A DNA stretch of 58,804 nt, filler included, from Catajapyx aquilonaris (lineage: Eukaryota), in assembly GCA_000934665.2 (NCBI GenBank). It is 2 parts of 2 records of this genome, joined end to end, with 100 filler letters (N's around TTAATTAATTAA, not from the genome) between each part and the next. Parts side by side here need not be neighbours in the genome. Positions count along the whole stretch, not along the records: positions 1 to 29,186 come from JYFJ02004826.1; 1 more part is not named here. One strand, given 5' to 3'. The notes beneath the pieces are model-generated. The model made no database searches, was not told the DNA's origin, and was given only the letters and a program-made list of their open reading frames with translations. The position numbers were made by a program, and so were the translations under genes. Shown here in pieces: positions 13,245 to 23,579 of this stretch (its first letter is position 1; each line of letters starts with the position of its first letter).

Positions 13245-14389
13245 TTAATGTTTGCGGTATGCGTTGTTTACCTGTGTGGTACATTCTCGGCCGATCAAAA
13301 TGGGAATATTTGCGGTACAGGTATGTTCATAGGATACCGTCGCATCCATGGGTTGTAGTACGGTACCGGCCCAACTTGCGGAAACGCTGCCATCGGATAC
13401 CGTGGTAACCTGTAGAACTGCGGGATCTCCGGTTGGGCAAACGGCATCCAAGCAGTCAGCGGGTGTCTCGACATAGTTCCTGCAACAATGCACATTCGTA
13501 CAGTAACAATTAAAACGAATTCGGACGTCGTCAGTACCTGAATCATGTTGGATAGTCCGGCTTGGATTTTTCCTCCAAGCTTTGATGACTTTGGGAGCGA
13601 CTTTGTCTCGCGTTTCAATTATCGCGGGTGCATTATCAAAAATCGGGTCGAAGTTCGCTTCAGTGCTTGTCGTGCTATTAAATTCAGTAGTTTCGTTGGT
13701 AGCGGCTTCAGTGTCACGTCTGCTGTTAAATTCAGTAGTTTCATTGGTAGCGGCTTCAGTGTCACGTCTGCTGTTAAATTCAGTAGTTTCGTTGGTAGCG
13801 GCTTCAGTGTCACGTCCGCTGTTAACTTCAGTAGTTTCATCGGAAGCGACTTCAGTATTTGCTTCAGTGTCACGTCCGCTGTTAAATTCAGTAGATTCAT
13901 TGGAAGCAACTTCAGTGTCACGTCCGCTGTTAAATTCAGCACTTCCGTTGGTAGAAACTTCAGTATTTGCTTCTGTGCTGAATCCGATGCCAGATAAGTC
14001 GACTTCTGTTACACTGCCAGGGATCGGTTCAGCGGCTTCAGTGCTTTGATATCCTGACCAGGGCAGTTCAGACACCGGTTCAGTCGTGTCTCCAACTAAT
14101 TTATCGGGCTCATCTGTCGTACCGACAGCATAAGTTTGTTCGTTGGCGACTTCAGTAGTCGATGCAGGTAATTCAGTGCTTGTTGCAGTTGCTTCAGTTG
14201 TTTCGTCCGAGTACAAGTATGAATACATTTCGCTGTCGTACACACTGTCGTCAGTCGCACTCTGCAAATCTGCATGACATTTTTAGCTCATTATTTGTCG
14301 TATGGAAACGTTAGCTTACCTATGTCGTCTTCACCCGATATTGTTGCGAACGATGCGATTGCAACTAAAAGGAACAGTTCCGACCTCAT
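13245..14389 (-). CDS. Secreted mucin-like S/T/E-rich repeat protein with C-terminal 8-Cys domain, 2 exons (14389-14320, 14269-13245)
   Basis: Exon 1 encodes a signal peptide (MRSELFLLVAIASFATISG-EDD). A 50-nt GTAAGC...CAG phase-1 intron joins it in frame to the 340-aa ORF. The ORF has 16-aa repeats (DTEAATNETTEFNSRR) and a tail CYCTNVHCC...C...C...C...C. AATAAA on the minus strand at ~13196-13201. Confidence 0.8.
13655..13975. repeat. Coding 48-bp tandem repeat (~6 degenerate units)
   Basis: Unit GCTTCAGTGTCACGTCTGCTGTTAAATTCAGTAGTTTCATTGGTAGCG is repeated, with a 12-nt insertion variant. Confidence 0.9.
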
Positions 14390-14611
14390 TTTGCGGTACA
14401 TTGCAAGTGAAGCGTACGCCTTGAGCCATGCCACATTGACGCAACAGCTGCTGCGGTTGATGTACGACTCGAGGCTTGTCACATGTATCAAACGACATGA
14501 CATATTTGCGACTTTGCTGCTTTTGTCATGTGGAACGAAAACAACTCGTAACTTACAGGGTGAGAATAATGCTGAAAATGCCCAAGCAAAAATATGTTTT
14601 TAATGCCACGA

Positions 14612-17500
14612 TTACATTATGACAATCGCGTTCGATTGCATGTCCATGGTTTCTTCGTTGGTTTCTCCGGTCTCGTCCCGGCACTTGAAGTTGGCCAGCT
14701 CTCTCCGCACTTCCTGGCTGACCCCAGGGTGCGAGTGAACTTTGACCAGCTCCAGTATGGCCTCCTTCTGCTCCGTACTGATGTCCCCTTTGTAACGCTG
14801 CATGAACGTCAAGAGCGCTTGGTGCCACAGGACCGGAAGCTGTCTCCGGTCCGTCTGAAACCGCACAAAGTGGTTGACCACAGCGTCGACCACCCTGTAC
14901 GGCATGGCGTACTTCTTGTCGAAGAATATGCGCAGGAAGATTGAGTTCGCACCGCTGTAGTCCATCTCCGCTATCTTCAGCATTGCGGCCGCCGAGTGCA
15001 GGACGGGAATTGAGTTGCGGGCGATTATCGAGCCGATAACTATGGCCTCGCGGAGACTGCACGTGCCACTCTGCAATTGACGCCGCACTGTTAAATAAAT
15101 TAACGTGAACAAAACCGGAAAGGCGTACCTCGCACAGTGGAATCAGTATGCCCTTCATGAACGCCCCGGGTTTGAACAGCGCCTTTCTGAGCGCCTGGTA
15201 CAGGTGGAAGTTCAACCGCTTGTACTCGGATATGTCGTCCCTCACACGCGGAAGCAGCACCAGGTTGAAGTACCGCTGGGCCATCTTCTCCTTCAGGTTG
15301 GCCGTGAATATCCGCGTGGCCTGAAGCACCGCTGCGGCCGTCCAGCAGGGGGGGTCTGGAAAAACGACGTTGTCATTTAATTAACCCGGTCGTACATACA
15401 GCAAGTGTACTGTACCTGTGAGGTACAGGATCTGCTCCCAGTTGGAAAGGTGCGGCACGATCTTGAACGCCTTGGGGATCTTCCCGCTGCGGTACTTCGA
15501 CAGGACCTCCCGCACCCCGCGGTACAGCTGCTTCACCCGCGGGTCCAAGTCTTGCACCTGGACACCTGCAGCACATTACACAACGGAGATTACATCCCGT
15601 AACATTTATTATGCTGGTCATTAAAACTATTAAGCAACAATAATAACCCCGATATCAATAATTAAAATGGTCACTAATATTAATTGCCAATAACAACTAA
15701 TAATAGTAACTATTAAGTAACAATAACTATTAATTGCCAATAACTAATATCAATTGCCAATAACTAATAATAGTAACTATTAAGTAACAATGACCATATC
15801 AATTACAATAACTAATATTAATTGCCAATAATAACTTAATAGTTGTCAGAATAGCAACTAAAATTAAATGGTAATAGCTAACAGTTATGACTGGTCATGA
15901 CTAATAATTGTAACTAATATTAATTACAATGATCACTATTAAGCAACAGCAATGATAATCATAACGAATATTAAGAATAAATAAACAACCTTTACTATTA
16001 GTTATTACTTGTACAGTAACTATTATTGTCAATTTTAATATTAGTAACCAATGATAACCTTAACTACTATTAATAACTATTGCAAATAATAACCAATAAT
16101 ATCAGAAGACAATAATAGCTAATACTGTAATCGTAACTATTGGTAACCAATAATGGCTAATACTGTAATCGTAACTATTGGTAACCAATAATGGCTAATA
16201 CTGTAATCGTATTAGTAACCAATAACAGCTAATACTGCAATCATAACTTATTAGTAACCAATAACAGCTAATACTGCAATCGTAACTATTAGTAACCAAT
16301 AATAGCTAATACTGTAATCGTAACTATTGGTAACCAATAATAGCTAATACTGTAATCGTAACTATTGGTAACCAATAATAGCTAATACTGTAATCATAAC
16401 TTATTAGTAACCAATAATAGCTAATACTGTAATCGTAACTTATTAGTAACCAATAATAGCTAATACTGTAATCGTAACTATTGGTAACCAATAATAGCTA
16501 ATACTGTAATCGTATTAGTAACCAATAACAGCTAATACTGCAATCGTAACTATTAGTAACCAATAACAGCTAATACTGTAATCGTAACTATTAGTAACCA
16601 ATAACAGCTAATATTGTAGCAACCAATGACCAATACTGTGTCCACAACTAATATTAGTAACCAGTAGTAACTAGCCATGGTCATAACTATTAACAGCAAA
16701 TCTAATATTAATTACACTGATTTATAACTGATATGAATGCCCAGTGGATAATGACTGATATATTAATTTCAGGGAGCTAATAATAATTATATAGTTAAAT
16801 TGAGATGGAATGAAGTTGATTGAACTGACTTCCAATGTCTGAGAATTGGGTTTGGATCTCGGCTTCCTTCTCTGCGATCTTCTCCATGATGATGTCGGCG
16901 AGGGTGCGCCTGGGGGCCGGGTTCTGGTTCATGAAGAGGGACAGGGCCCGCTCGTCCTCCTCGTCCACCCTCTGCCAGAGGTCACAAAAATACAGGTCAA
17001 TCGGATACGACACGTGATTATTATGAAATGAGGAATATTGTACGCACCACCTCGTTGAAGTCATACTCGTCTGTGGGCTCCTCTTCCACGGGCTCCTCCT
17101 CCTCCGAGTCGCTGCTCTGGTCGCCCTGCAGCTTGTGCATGGTGGTGGCCAGGTACTGCCTTGCCCTTTGACCCTCCTCCGCTGCTGACCCTCCTCCTCC
17201 GTACTCCTCCACCAACTCCTGCTGCTGCTGCTTCGCCTGCTCCAATATGCGCCGGGACAGCCGGTCATCCACATACTGGGGGAGGAGGGGGAAAAAGAAA
17301 GGGTCAGTCACTCTTCTTTGCAGTTAAATAAATTAAATAAATTGCAATTAAACCTCCTGGTCCTGCAGAGCCCTGTCCCTGAACTTGATTCTGGCGACGT
17401 CTTTGGGCCTGGCGAACTTGTCTCCGTGCAGCTGAGCGGGTAAGGCCTGGCTGTGCTGGGACTGGCCGCTGCCACCACGCTTCTTCTTGCTCTTGGGCAT
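14612..17500 (-). CDS. bys: Bystin (Enp1/BYSL, 40S biogenesis factor), 6 exons
   Basis: Exons 17500-17354 (MPKSKKKR...), 17275-17048 ([21 protein letters not shown]), 16971-16830 ([15 protein letters not shown]), 15565-15416 ([44 protein letters not shown]), 15355-15129 ([55 protein letters not shown]) and 15070-14612 ([17 protein letters not shown]). These are hallmark bystin motifs and all introns are GT-AG with consistent phase. Confidence 0.96.
15660..16700. repeat. AT-rich intronic minisatellite (~31-39-bp unit) in bystin intron 3
   Basis: Unit TAACCAATAATAGCTAATACTGTAATCGTAACTATTGG is clearly tandem at ~16110-16620 and degenerate on both sides. Confidence 0.9.
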
Positions 17501-17629
17501 CTTGCGGTCAGCCACAGGTCACCAACTTGACCTCAGGGTCAGAAGAAAAGGAGTGACCAAAAAATTAACACGTGTGGTTCGGGGACGTTCCTTCGTCTAA
17601 CTAACACACGCTGAACCGGACCAGAGACA

Positions 17630-17885
17630 AAGGAACGGACCAAGATGGCCGGTGTGACTCAAGTGCGCATGCGTTGACTGTAGTTCGAGTAACAAAATTA
17701 AGCTGTAATTAGTGCGTAATTAGTGTATTAAATATATACAACATTTATTTCAGATATTATGTACGCGAGTGTATTTAAAATTATGTGAATCCGGGGGGTT
17801 ATTACTACGCCTGCGCAAATTCCGGGCATTCGCTGAAAATTGAATGTGCAAAAACTGAAGAACATTCAAAATGGCGCCAAGTTGA
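17630..17885. promoter_or_regulatory. Putative bidirectional promoter between bystin and the coiled-coil gene
   Basis: Divergent ATGs at 17500 (-) and ~18110 (+). YY1/Pho-like CAAGATGGCC (17641) and AAAATGGCGCC (~17868). NRF1/Ewg-like GTGCGCATGCGT (~17663) and CGCCTGCGCA (~17808). Confidence 0.5.
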
Positions 17886-18109
17886 AAAATCAGGTAATGA
17901 CAGTTCACGCTCATAAAAATCAACTTTAATGTCGTATTTCGCATTGTTTGGACTTAATTATCTTTGCGTTTATGACCATGGACTTTTCAACGAACTTGTT
18001 AATGTCATTGCAATGTGAGTGTAACCATAGAAACCGGTGTGATTTCAGTATTATTATACAACATTTGCTTAAAAAAACTCTCGTTAACATTTTAAATTGA
18101 CATGTGGCC

Positions 18110-19266
18110 ATGGACGATTATTTGGTAATCTGTCGTTTGGATTCAGACAGTTCAGAAGATGCGGGATTCAGAAAGGCATCTGCACATCAGAATCCTCCTG
18201 AAGAGAGAACAGGGCTGCTGAGCCGTATTCACCCGACAAACCTACAACACTTTAGGGTTTTAAAAATGTTCATTTAAACAAAATAGTCAACAATGGATTA
18301 TAGTGTCCTTTAAAAAATTTATTTTGTCCAATTACGGCAGGATGCGCTTCAAGAGCTGGACAACCAGTGGGCTTGTTACAATAATAAACTGGAGGACAAT
18401 TCATTCCTGGAGAAATCCCTGGACAATTACGCGGATCTCCTCAGTTCGCTATGGAACCGCCTAAGGACAACCAGAGATGATCTCGTGGATGTCCAGAAGC
18501 ACGACAATATCACGTTTGTATGCACATATAAGTACGCAATCAACTACAGTGAACAAATTCAGTACATAATCGCAATGTATTACAGGTGTGCAGGAAGTAC
18601 GACGGGATGGACTTCACATTAGCGGAGAACACTATCGGCTTGGCTTTGCAGGAACTGCAGCAAACTCTGAACTGGACCAAAGGACAGCTGGATGAGGTCA
18701 ATGCGGCTAAAAAAGAGGTGCTGACCAGCAAGGTCCAACGTCGGCAGAAGTTCAACGACAATCTGAACTTCAATCTGCAGGAGATGAAGCAGGTTTTCGA
18801 TGAAAAGCTGTACGCCAGGGCTAAAGCACGACGGCAGTACATCGAATCTGCTGAGGTTTCTCATGTACGCATGTGTGAGGAGATCACGCAGATTTATGTC
18901 GACCAGGTGAGCATTGCAGGTTTGACATTTGCTGTTAACATTTTCTTGTATCAGCTTGTCAACTCTTCAGTCGAGGACGTTGGTTCAGAAGCTGATGCGT
19001 ACAGGATGTCGGCTGAGAAGCTGGACCAGACGATCAAAGACGATGCTGCGGAGACGTCGCTGAGCCTCCTGAAGATAACGAGCGAGTACAACGACGAGGT
19101 GAGGGACGTGGCGTCCAGGCTGGTGGCCGCATACCGCGACCAGGACGACAGCATCATCCAAGCCGGACTGTCCGACCTGAGAGGAAACGCCGCAAGCTTC
19201 ATCCAATCCGTCGATTCAATCGCTGATATCTACAATAGCTACGCTGAAAAATTGCAGTCATTTTGA
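18110..19266 (+). CDS. Uncharacterised alpha-helical/coiled-coil protein
   Basis: In-phase GT-AG exons 18341-18517 (DALQELDNQW...), 18586-18906 and 18955-19266 (stop TGA), with AATAAA at ~19290. The first exon probably starts at ATG 18110; its donor is unresolved (after 18124 GTAATC or after ~18257). No family recognised. Confidence 0.7.
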
Positions 19267-19394
19267 ATAATCCTGAAGTATGATTGTGGAAATAAAATTT
19301 ATCAACACTCGAGAGCAACAATGAAGGCCGTTTCTAGGTACTGTCATTGTAAATTTCTTTGCGGAATACTCTTTCCAGTCCTGTTCGGATAGTC

Positions 19395-19889
19395 ATGGCT
19401 AAACCGTGTATTGATATTGACACGGTAAGTATTTTTGTTAATGTGCTTATGAAATGTTTGTTGCCGTCATTTGCTTCGTAATGACAATAATTATTGTTAT
19501 TCCAATCGCAGGACATTATTTTGCAATAATTATTAGCTGAATTTTGATCAATTCTGTTTGTTACTGATGATATATTTTCTTCCATATAGATTGATGTGTT
19601 ACTTGGCCTGCGTCTGATTCCTTCACTAGAGCAGCCAACTCCTTTGTCACTACAACGACCACGTCCTCCGCCACCTGCACGAGTACAGAGCGAACCCTTC
19701 CCAACACCGCCGCCGGTGGCAGAAGCAGCCCAACCGAACATGTCAACATCTCTGCCGAACCTTATTGACTCGGAAGCGGAATCCACGAACCGGACAGACA
19801 TCGGGATAAAAGTGGCCGTATTCTTCGGACTAATCACTTTGAGTTTAGCCGCAGCTAACGGACTTGGCCTGCTAAATTCGTCGCGATAA
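19395..19889 (+). CDS. Small (~109 aa) Pro-rich protein with a C-terminal transmembrane helix
   Basis: Exon 19395-19424 (MAKPCIDIDT|GTAAGT) splices in phase 0 to 19590-19889 (IDVLLGLRLIP...RPRPPPP...IGIKVAVFFGLITLSLAAANGLGLLNSSR*). AATAAA follows at ~19900. Confidence 0.55.
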
Positions 19890-20265
19890 AAAATCAAACA
19901 ATAAAACGGATTGGTATAACTGTTGTTGATTTTTAATTGTTGGCGGGTCGTTGACGACTGGAACAACCAGTGGCCGTAATGTTAAGCTCTGTTCTTTTTA
20001 ATTTAGATGTACAACTGGTAAGTCCGCAGTTACTTTTTAACATTGTCATGTTGAACTACAAAGTGTAACATATGCTTCCAGATTCCTGCTGTTGTGCCGC
20101 TGCGTGCATTTGTACCGTGCACGTCGAACTGAGAGCATAAAAAGTTCAGGAAATTTCAGCCAGTGTGAACCAGTAAGTTTTATTTTACGCTACTTTAATC
20201 GCATTTACATTTCATTGCGCAATTATTTTCAGGGTTACTCGTTACGTACGCAACCGTTTGAAATT

Positions 20266-23175
20266 ATGGATAAAACGTCTGAGAGCCGGCTGCCGTTGCC
20301 GCATGAGCCGGAAGTACCGCCGACGCACAACATAAATGAAGAGATGGTGCAAAATGTGAAGGTGACTTTGCGGAAGAAATTGCAGCAGATACCAGAGCGG
20401 GATCCGGTCGCAACTGCTGTGTACAACCCAGAGTACGTTAAGAATTTGTCTCACGTATTCGGTTAAAATGGTAATGACTTTTTTCTCCGTAGGAATCCAG
20501 ACATCAAGCGAGAGATGGTGAACAAAGTGACCGATCATATGCAAAAGTATAAGATAAAGATAGGCGGTCGGATGCAGACGGTCACGTACGATCCGCAGTC
20601 TAAAAACAGGCTGTGCTCGAAGGTCCAGTTCGTGGTGGACCCTCCTCCAAACAAGGACGACGATCTGTTCATACCGTACAAAGTGAAGGACAGGCCGATC
20701 CGCAAGAGGGACAAGGCACCTTCGATCCCAACCATCTTTCCGCATTTGCCTAGACCATCTCAAGCCTTCAGGGGCATGCAGGTAATCAACATTTTGGAAC
20801 TCAATTAATTTTTAATAATTAATGTCCGTTCGTCTTCAGGCTTTGAAGGAAGAGAACAGGCAGCTGCGGACTCAGCTTGCCTTAAAGCGCACCAGGATGG
20901 AGTCGCTAATGAAGGAGAAGATTGCGGCCGAGAAGGTCTACACTATCTTGCTGAACCTGCAGGACTTTCCGTTCCGAGCTAAGGACGTGCTGAGTCTTGA
21001 AGGTATCGCGGGTAAGATCGTGACGATGACGCATGAGAACAGGGCTTTGAAGGAAGAGATCACCCGGATGAGGAAAGGAGGAATCATGGAGGAGCCTAGC
21101 CGTCGGAGCAGGAAGGAACGGAGCATGTCCGTCGTCGACACGACTTTACACCAACGGTTGCCGTCAAGTGAGCCTCGCAATGAATTCAGCTAACGCAATT
21201 CATATCAATCGCATACTTTCACACAGGGATGTCCATGCAGTCCATACCCGAGGAGCAAAACATATGCGAGGAAGCTAGAGTGAAGAGCCTGGAGCGGAAG
21301 CTATTCGACACACTGAATAGATATCAGCAGGCGATGCACGCTCTCAAATTGCATCGTAAGGTAAGCTTTCATTAGTGTCGGTTTACATATGAAATGTAAC
21401 GAATGTAATTTCCAGGCGCTGAAGCTGGAGATCGGATACGATGTGAAGGTTGAGGACATCCTGAAGAAGGGTGCGACTTGGCGGGGGAGGGCCCAGGAGG
21501 TGTTCATGATGAAGCGGAAGCTGCTGTCGTTGGAGGCACGGTTCAAGCAGAATCTGACCCCGAAGGACGCTCCGTACGACGACCTCAAGTTTCCTTCGGT
21601 CCTACCAGGTGAGGTTACAGCAACTGATGGTGTAACTGATGCTGATTTCCCCCCATCTTCGCAGACGAGCACCATATGAAGAACCTGGACAGCATAATTC
21701 AACACAGGCGCATGAAGTACGAGATGGCCGACAGGGAGGCCAGGGAGTCCAAGGAGAAGCTGGCCGACTCGGAACGGAAGCTTCTAAGCGTCAACGCAAG
21801 GCTCACCGCCCTTCAGTTCTACATTATGGAGCTGCGGACCCTGGTGGAGGAGGCAAGGTTGAAGACGGAGAATTACGAGGCAGTCATCGCACAGCTTATG
21901 GTACTTTTTACCTGTTGACATTGTGCAGTTTTGACTCTTTGTGTCGTGTTGACAGAACGAGAGAGACTTCTTTGAGAGGAAGATGCACGACGGAAAGCAG
22001 GAGGCTTGGAAGGAGTCGAAGAAGGTTGAGGATCTGACTCGTGAGATTGCGCAGAAAACAGTCGTGGTGAGTGTGTACGATGCACTTAGTCCAAACCGAG
22101 GCAAACGGAACAAAAGTAATACGATTCATTTAAAAAAAAATTACAGTTTGACACGCAGAGGAAGGGCATGGAACGAAGCATCAGCAACGCCATGAAGTAC
22201 AGGGAGGGCTTGGAAGACATGATGCGACAGTTGAAGCAAGAGTAAGTACTGCAATAAATGCAAATAATGAGCGCACAGTTTGACGCTTTCGTTTCAAATT
22301 GATAGTATGGTCGTGACGACCAGTAGAAAACTGCAGAGGACACACTCGCTGCCGGAGCTCACCGGGCAGTTCGCCACTTACTTGGAGACGGAGCAGCAAA
22401 AACAGTGAGTAATCGCATGCGATTGGTAAGACTCATGCCGCAATTGATTGCGATGTTTTTTTCAGGGTTGACGTGACCCGATCTGTGGAAGATTTCTTCA
22501 GGATGCTGACCGATTATCGTGCTTTCCAGGACAGTGGTCTCTCACAGTTCGATGCGGTAAGGGACAGTATGTAGCCGTGAAATGTGTGGACGGTAAAAGA
22601 ACAAATAAACACTGGTTGAAACCTGGAAGTGCAATGTTTATAAACTAAAAAAGGTTTCATAAAATTTAAGGAGGGTGTGGGACGCTGTGCAATGGGGCAC
22701 GGTCTTGCAATTTATTATCACGCGGAATCGGTGAACGTCCTTTTCCATATGCAGGCGTTGCTCCCGGGCGGATCTCACCAACACAATGCGGCACAACCTC
22801 CTAAGAAGCATGGTTCAGCGTCTAGTGGAGCTGACAAGCAGCAGAAGGTTCGTGTAAAGTCAGTGCCGTCGACTGACGACGAGCAGTTCGGATCTCCGGA
22901 AAAGACAGGCAAGAACAAGATGGCTTTCGCAGCAGCAGGTCAGTTCGAAGTACCCAGCAACGCACGTTCTTCCTGGAGCAGTAGTGGCAGCAGGGGATCT
23001 GTGATTTCGGTCGGTTCAGGCTCGTCAATGAAGGTCATGAACAGGTAAATATGATTTGATGAATAATTATTTCCGTACACATTAATTATTATTATTATTC
23101 ACTTTATACCATTGCAGGGCTGGTTCCCTCGGATTCAAGATGGAAGCCATGAGACGCATCGCAAGAAAATATTGA
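20266..23175 (+). CDS. CCDC13: Coiled-coil domain-containing protein 13-like (centriolar/axonemal)
   Basis: Multi-exon coiled-coil ORF starting MDKTSESRLP (20266). It contains ALKLEIGYDVKVEDILKKGATWRGRAQEVFMMKRKLLSLE, which matches the recalled CCDC13 motif (LAREVGED...GTWRGRAQQILVL). The short form stops at TAG 22574. The long form splices 22556->22755 and ~23044->~23118 and stops at TGA 23175. Likely 5'-UTR exons at ~20007-20017 and ~20081-20172. Confidence 0.75.
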
Positions 23176-23579
23176 TGCCATTCATTATAATTTATTTTTT
23201 TCCAAACGAATGCACTGATCACGGCATATCAACAACATTGTGTTTATTCCTGTAAAACCGTTTCCGACGCTTAACAACAGCCAGAAGCACGGTGTTGTTT
23301 GATATAAAGTGAGCAGTGCATCATCGTCTTGCCATGTGGAGAAGCATCGGCAAAAAATACGTTTGATATTTTTTTAAATACGATTTCTATCACTTAATTG
23401 TATGTGGAATAAAGCTTTACTTGTGATACGTTCATTACTATACATAATAATACACAGGGAATGAAAAGTAAAGCTTGTTTTTTTTTGAAAAAAAATTATT
23501 ATAGTAAGTCCGTGTAAGGCCTACATTTTCACGAAGAAAGGAATGTAAAAATGTGCCAGTCCATCCCGCACGGTACTGC

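Noticed and set aside
13295..14049. Alternative-frame repetitive ORFs over the secreted gene
   Set aside because: Produced by the 48-bp repeat being open in several frames. Only the frame joined to the signal-peptide exon makes a coherent gene.
20007..20172. ATG micro-exon as the start of the CCDC13-like gene
   Set aside because: Splicing ATGTACAACTG|A creates an immediate TGA. It is treated as 5'-UTR or a tiny uORF.
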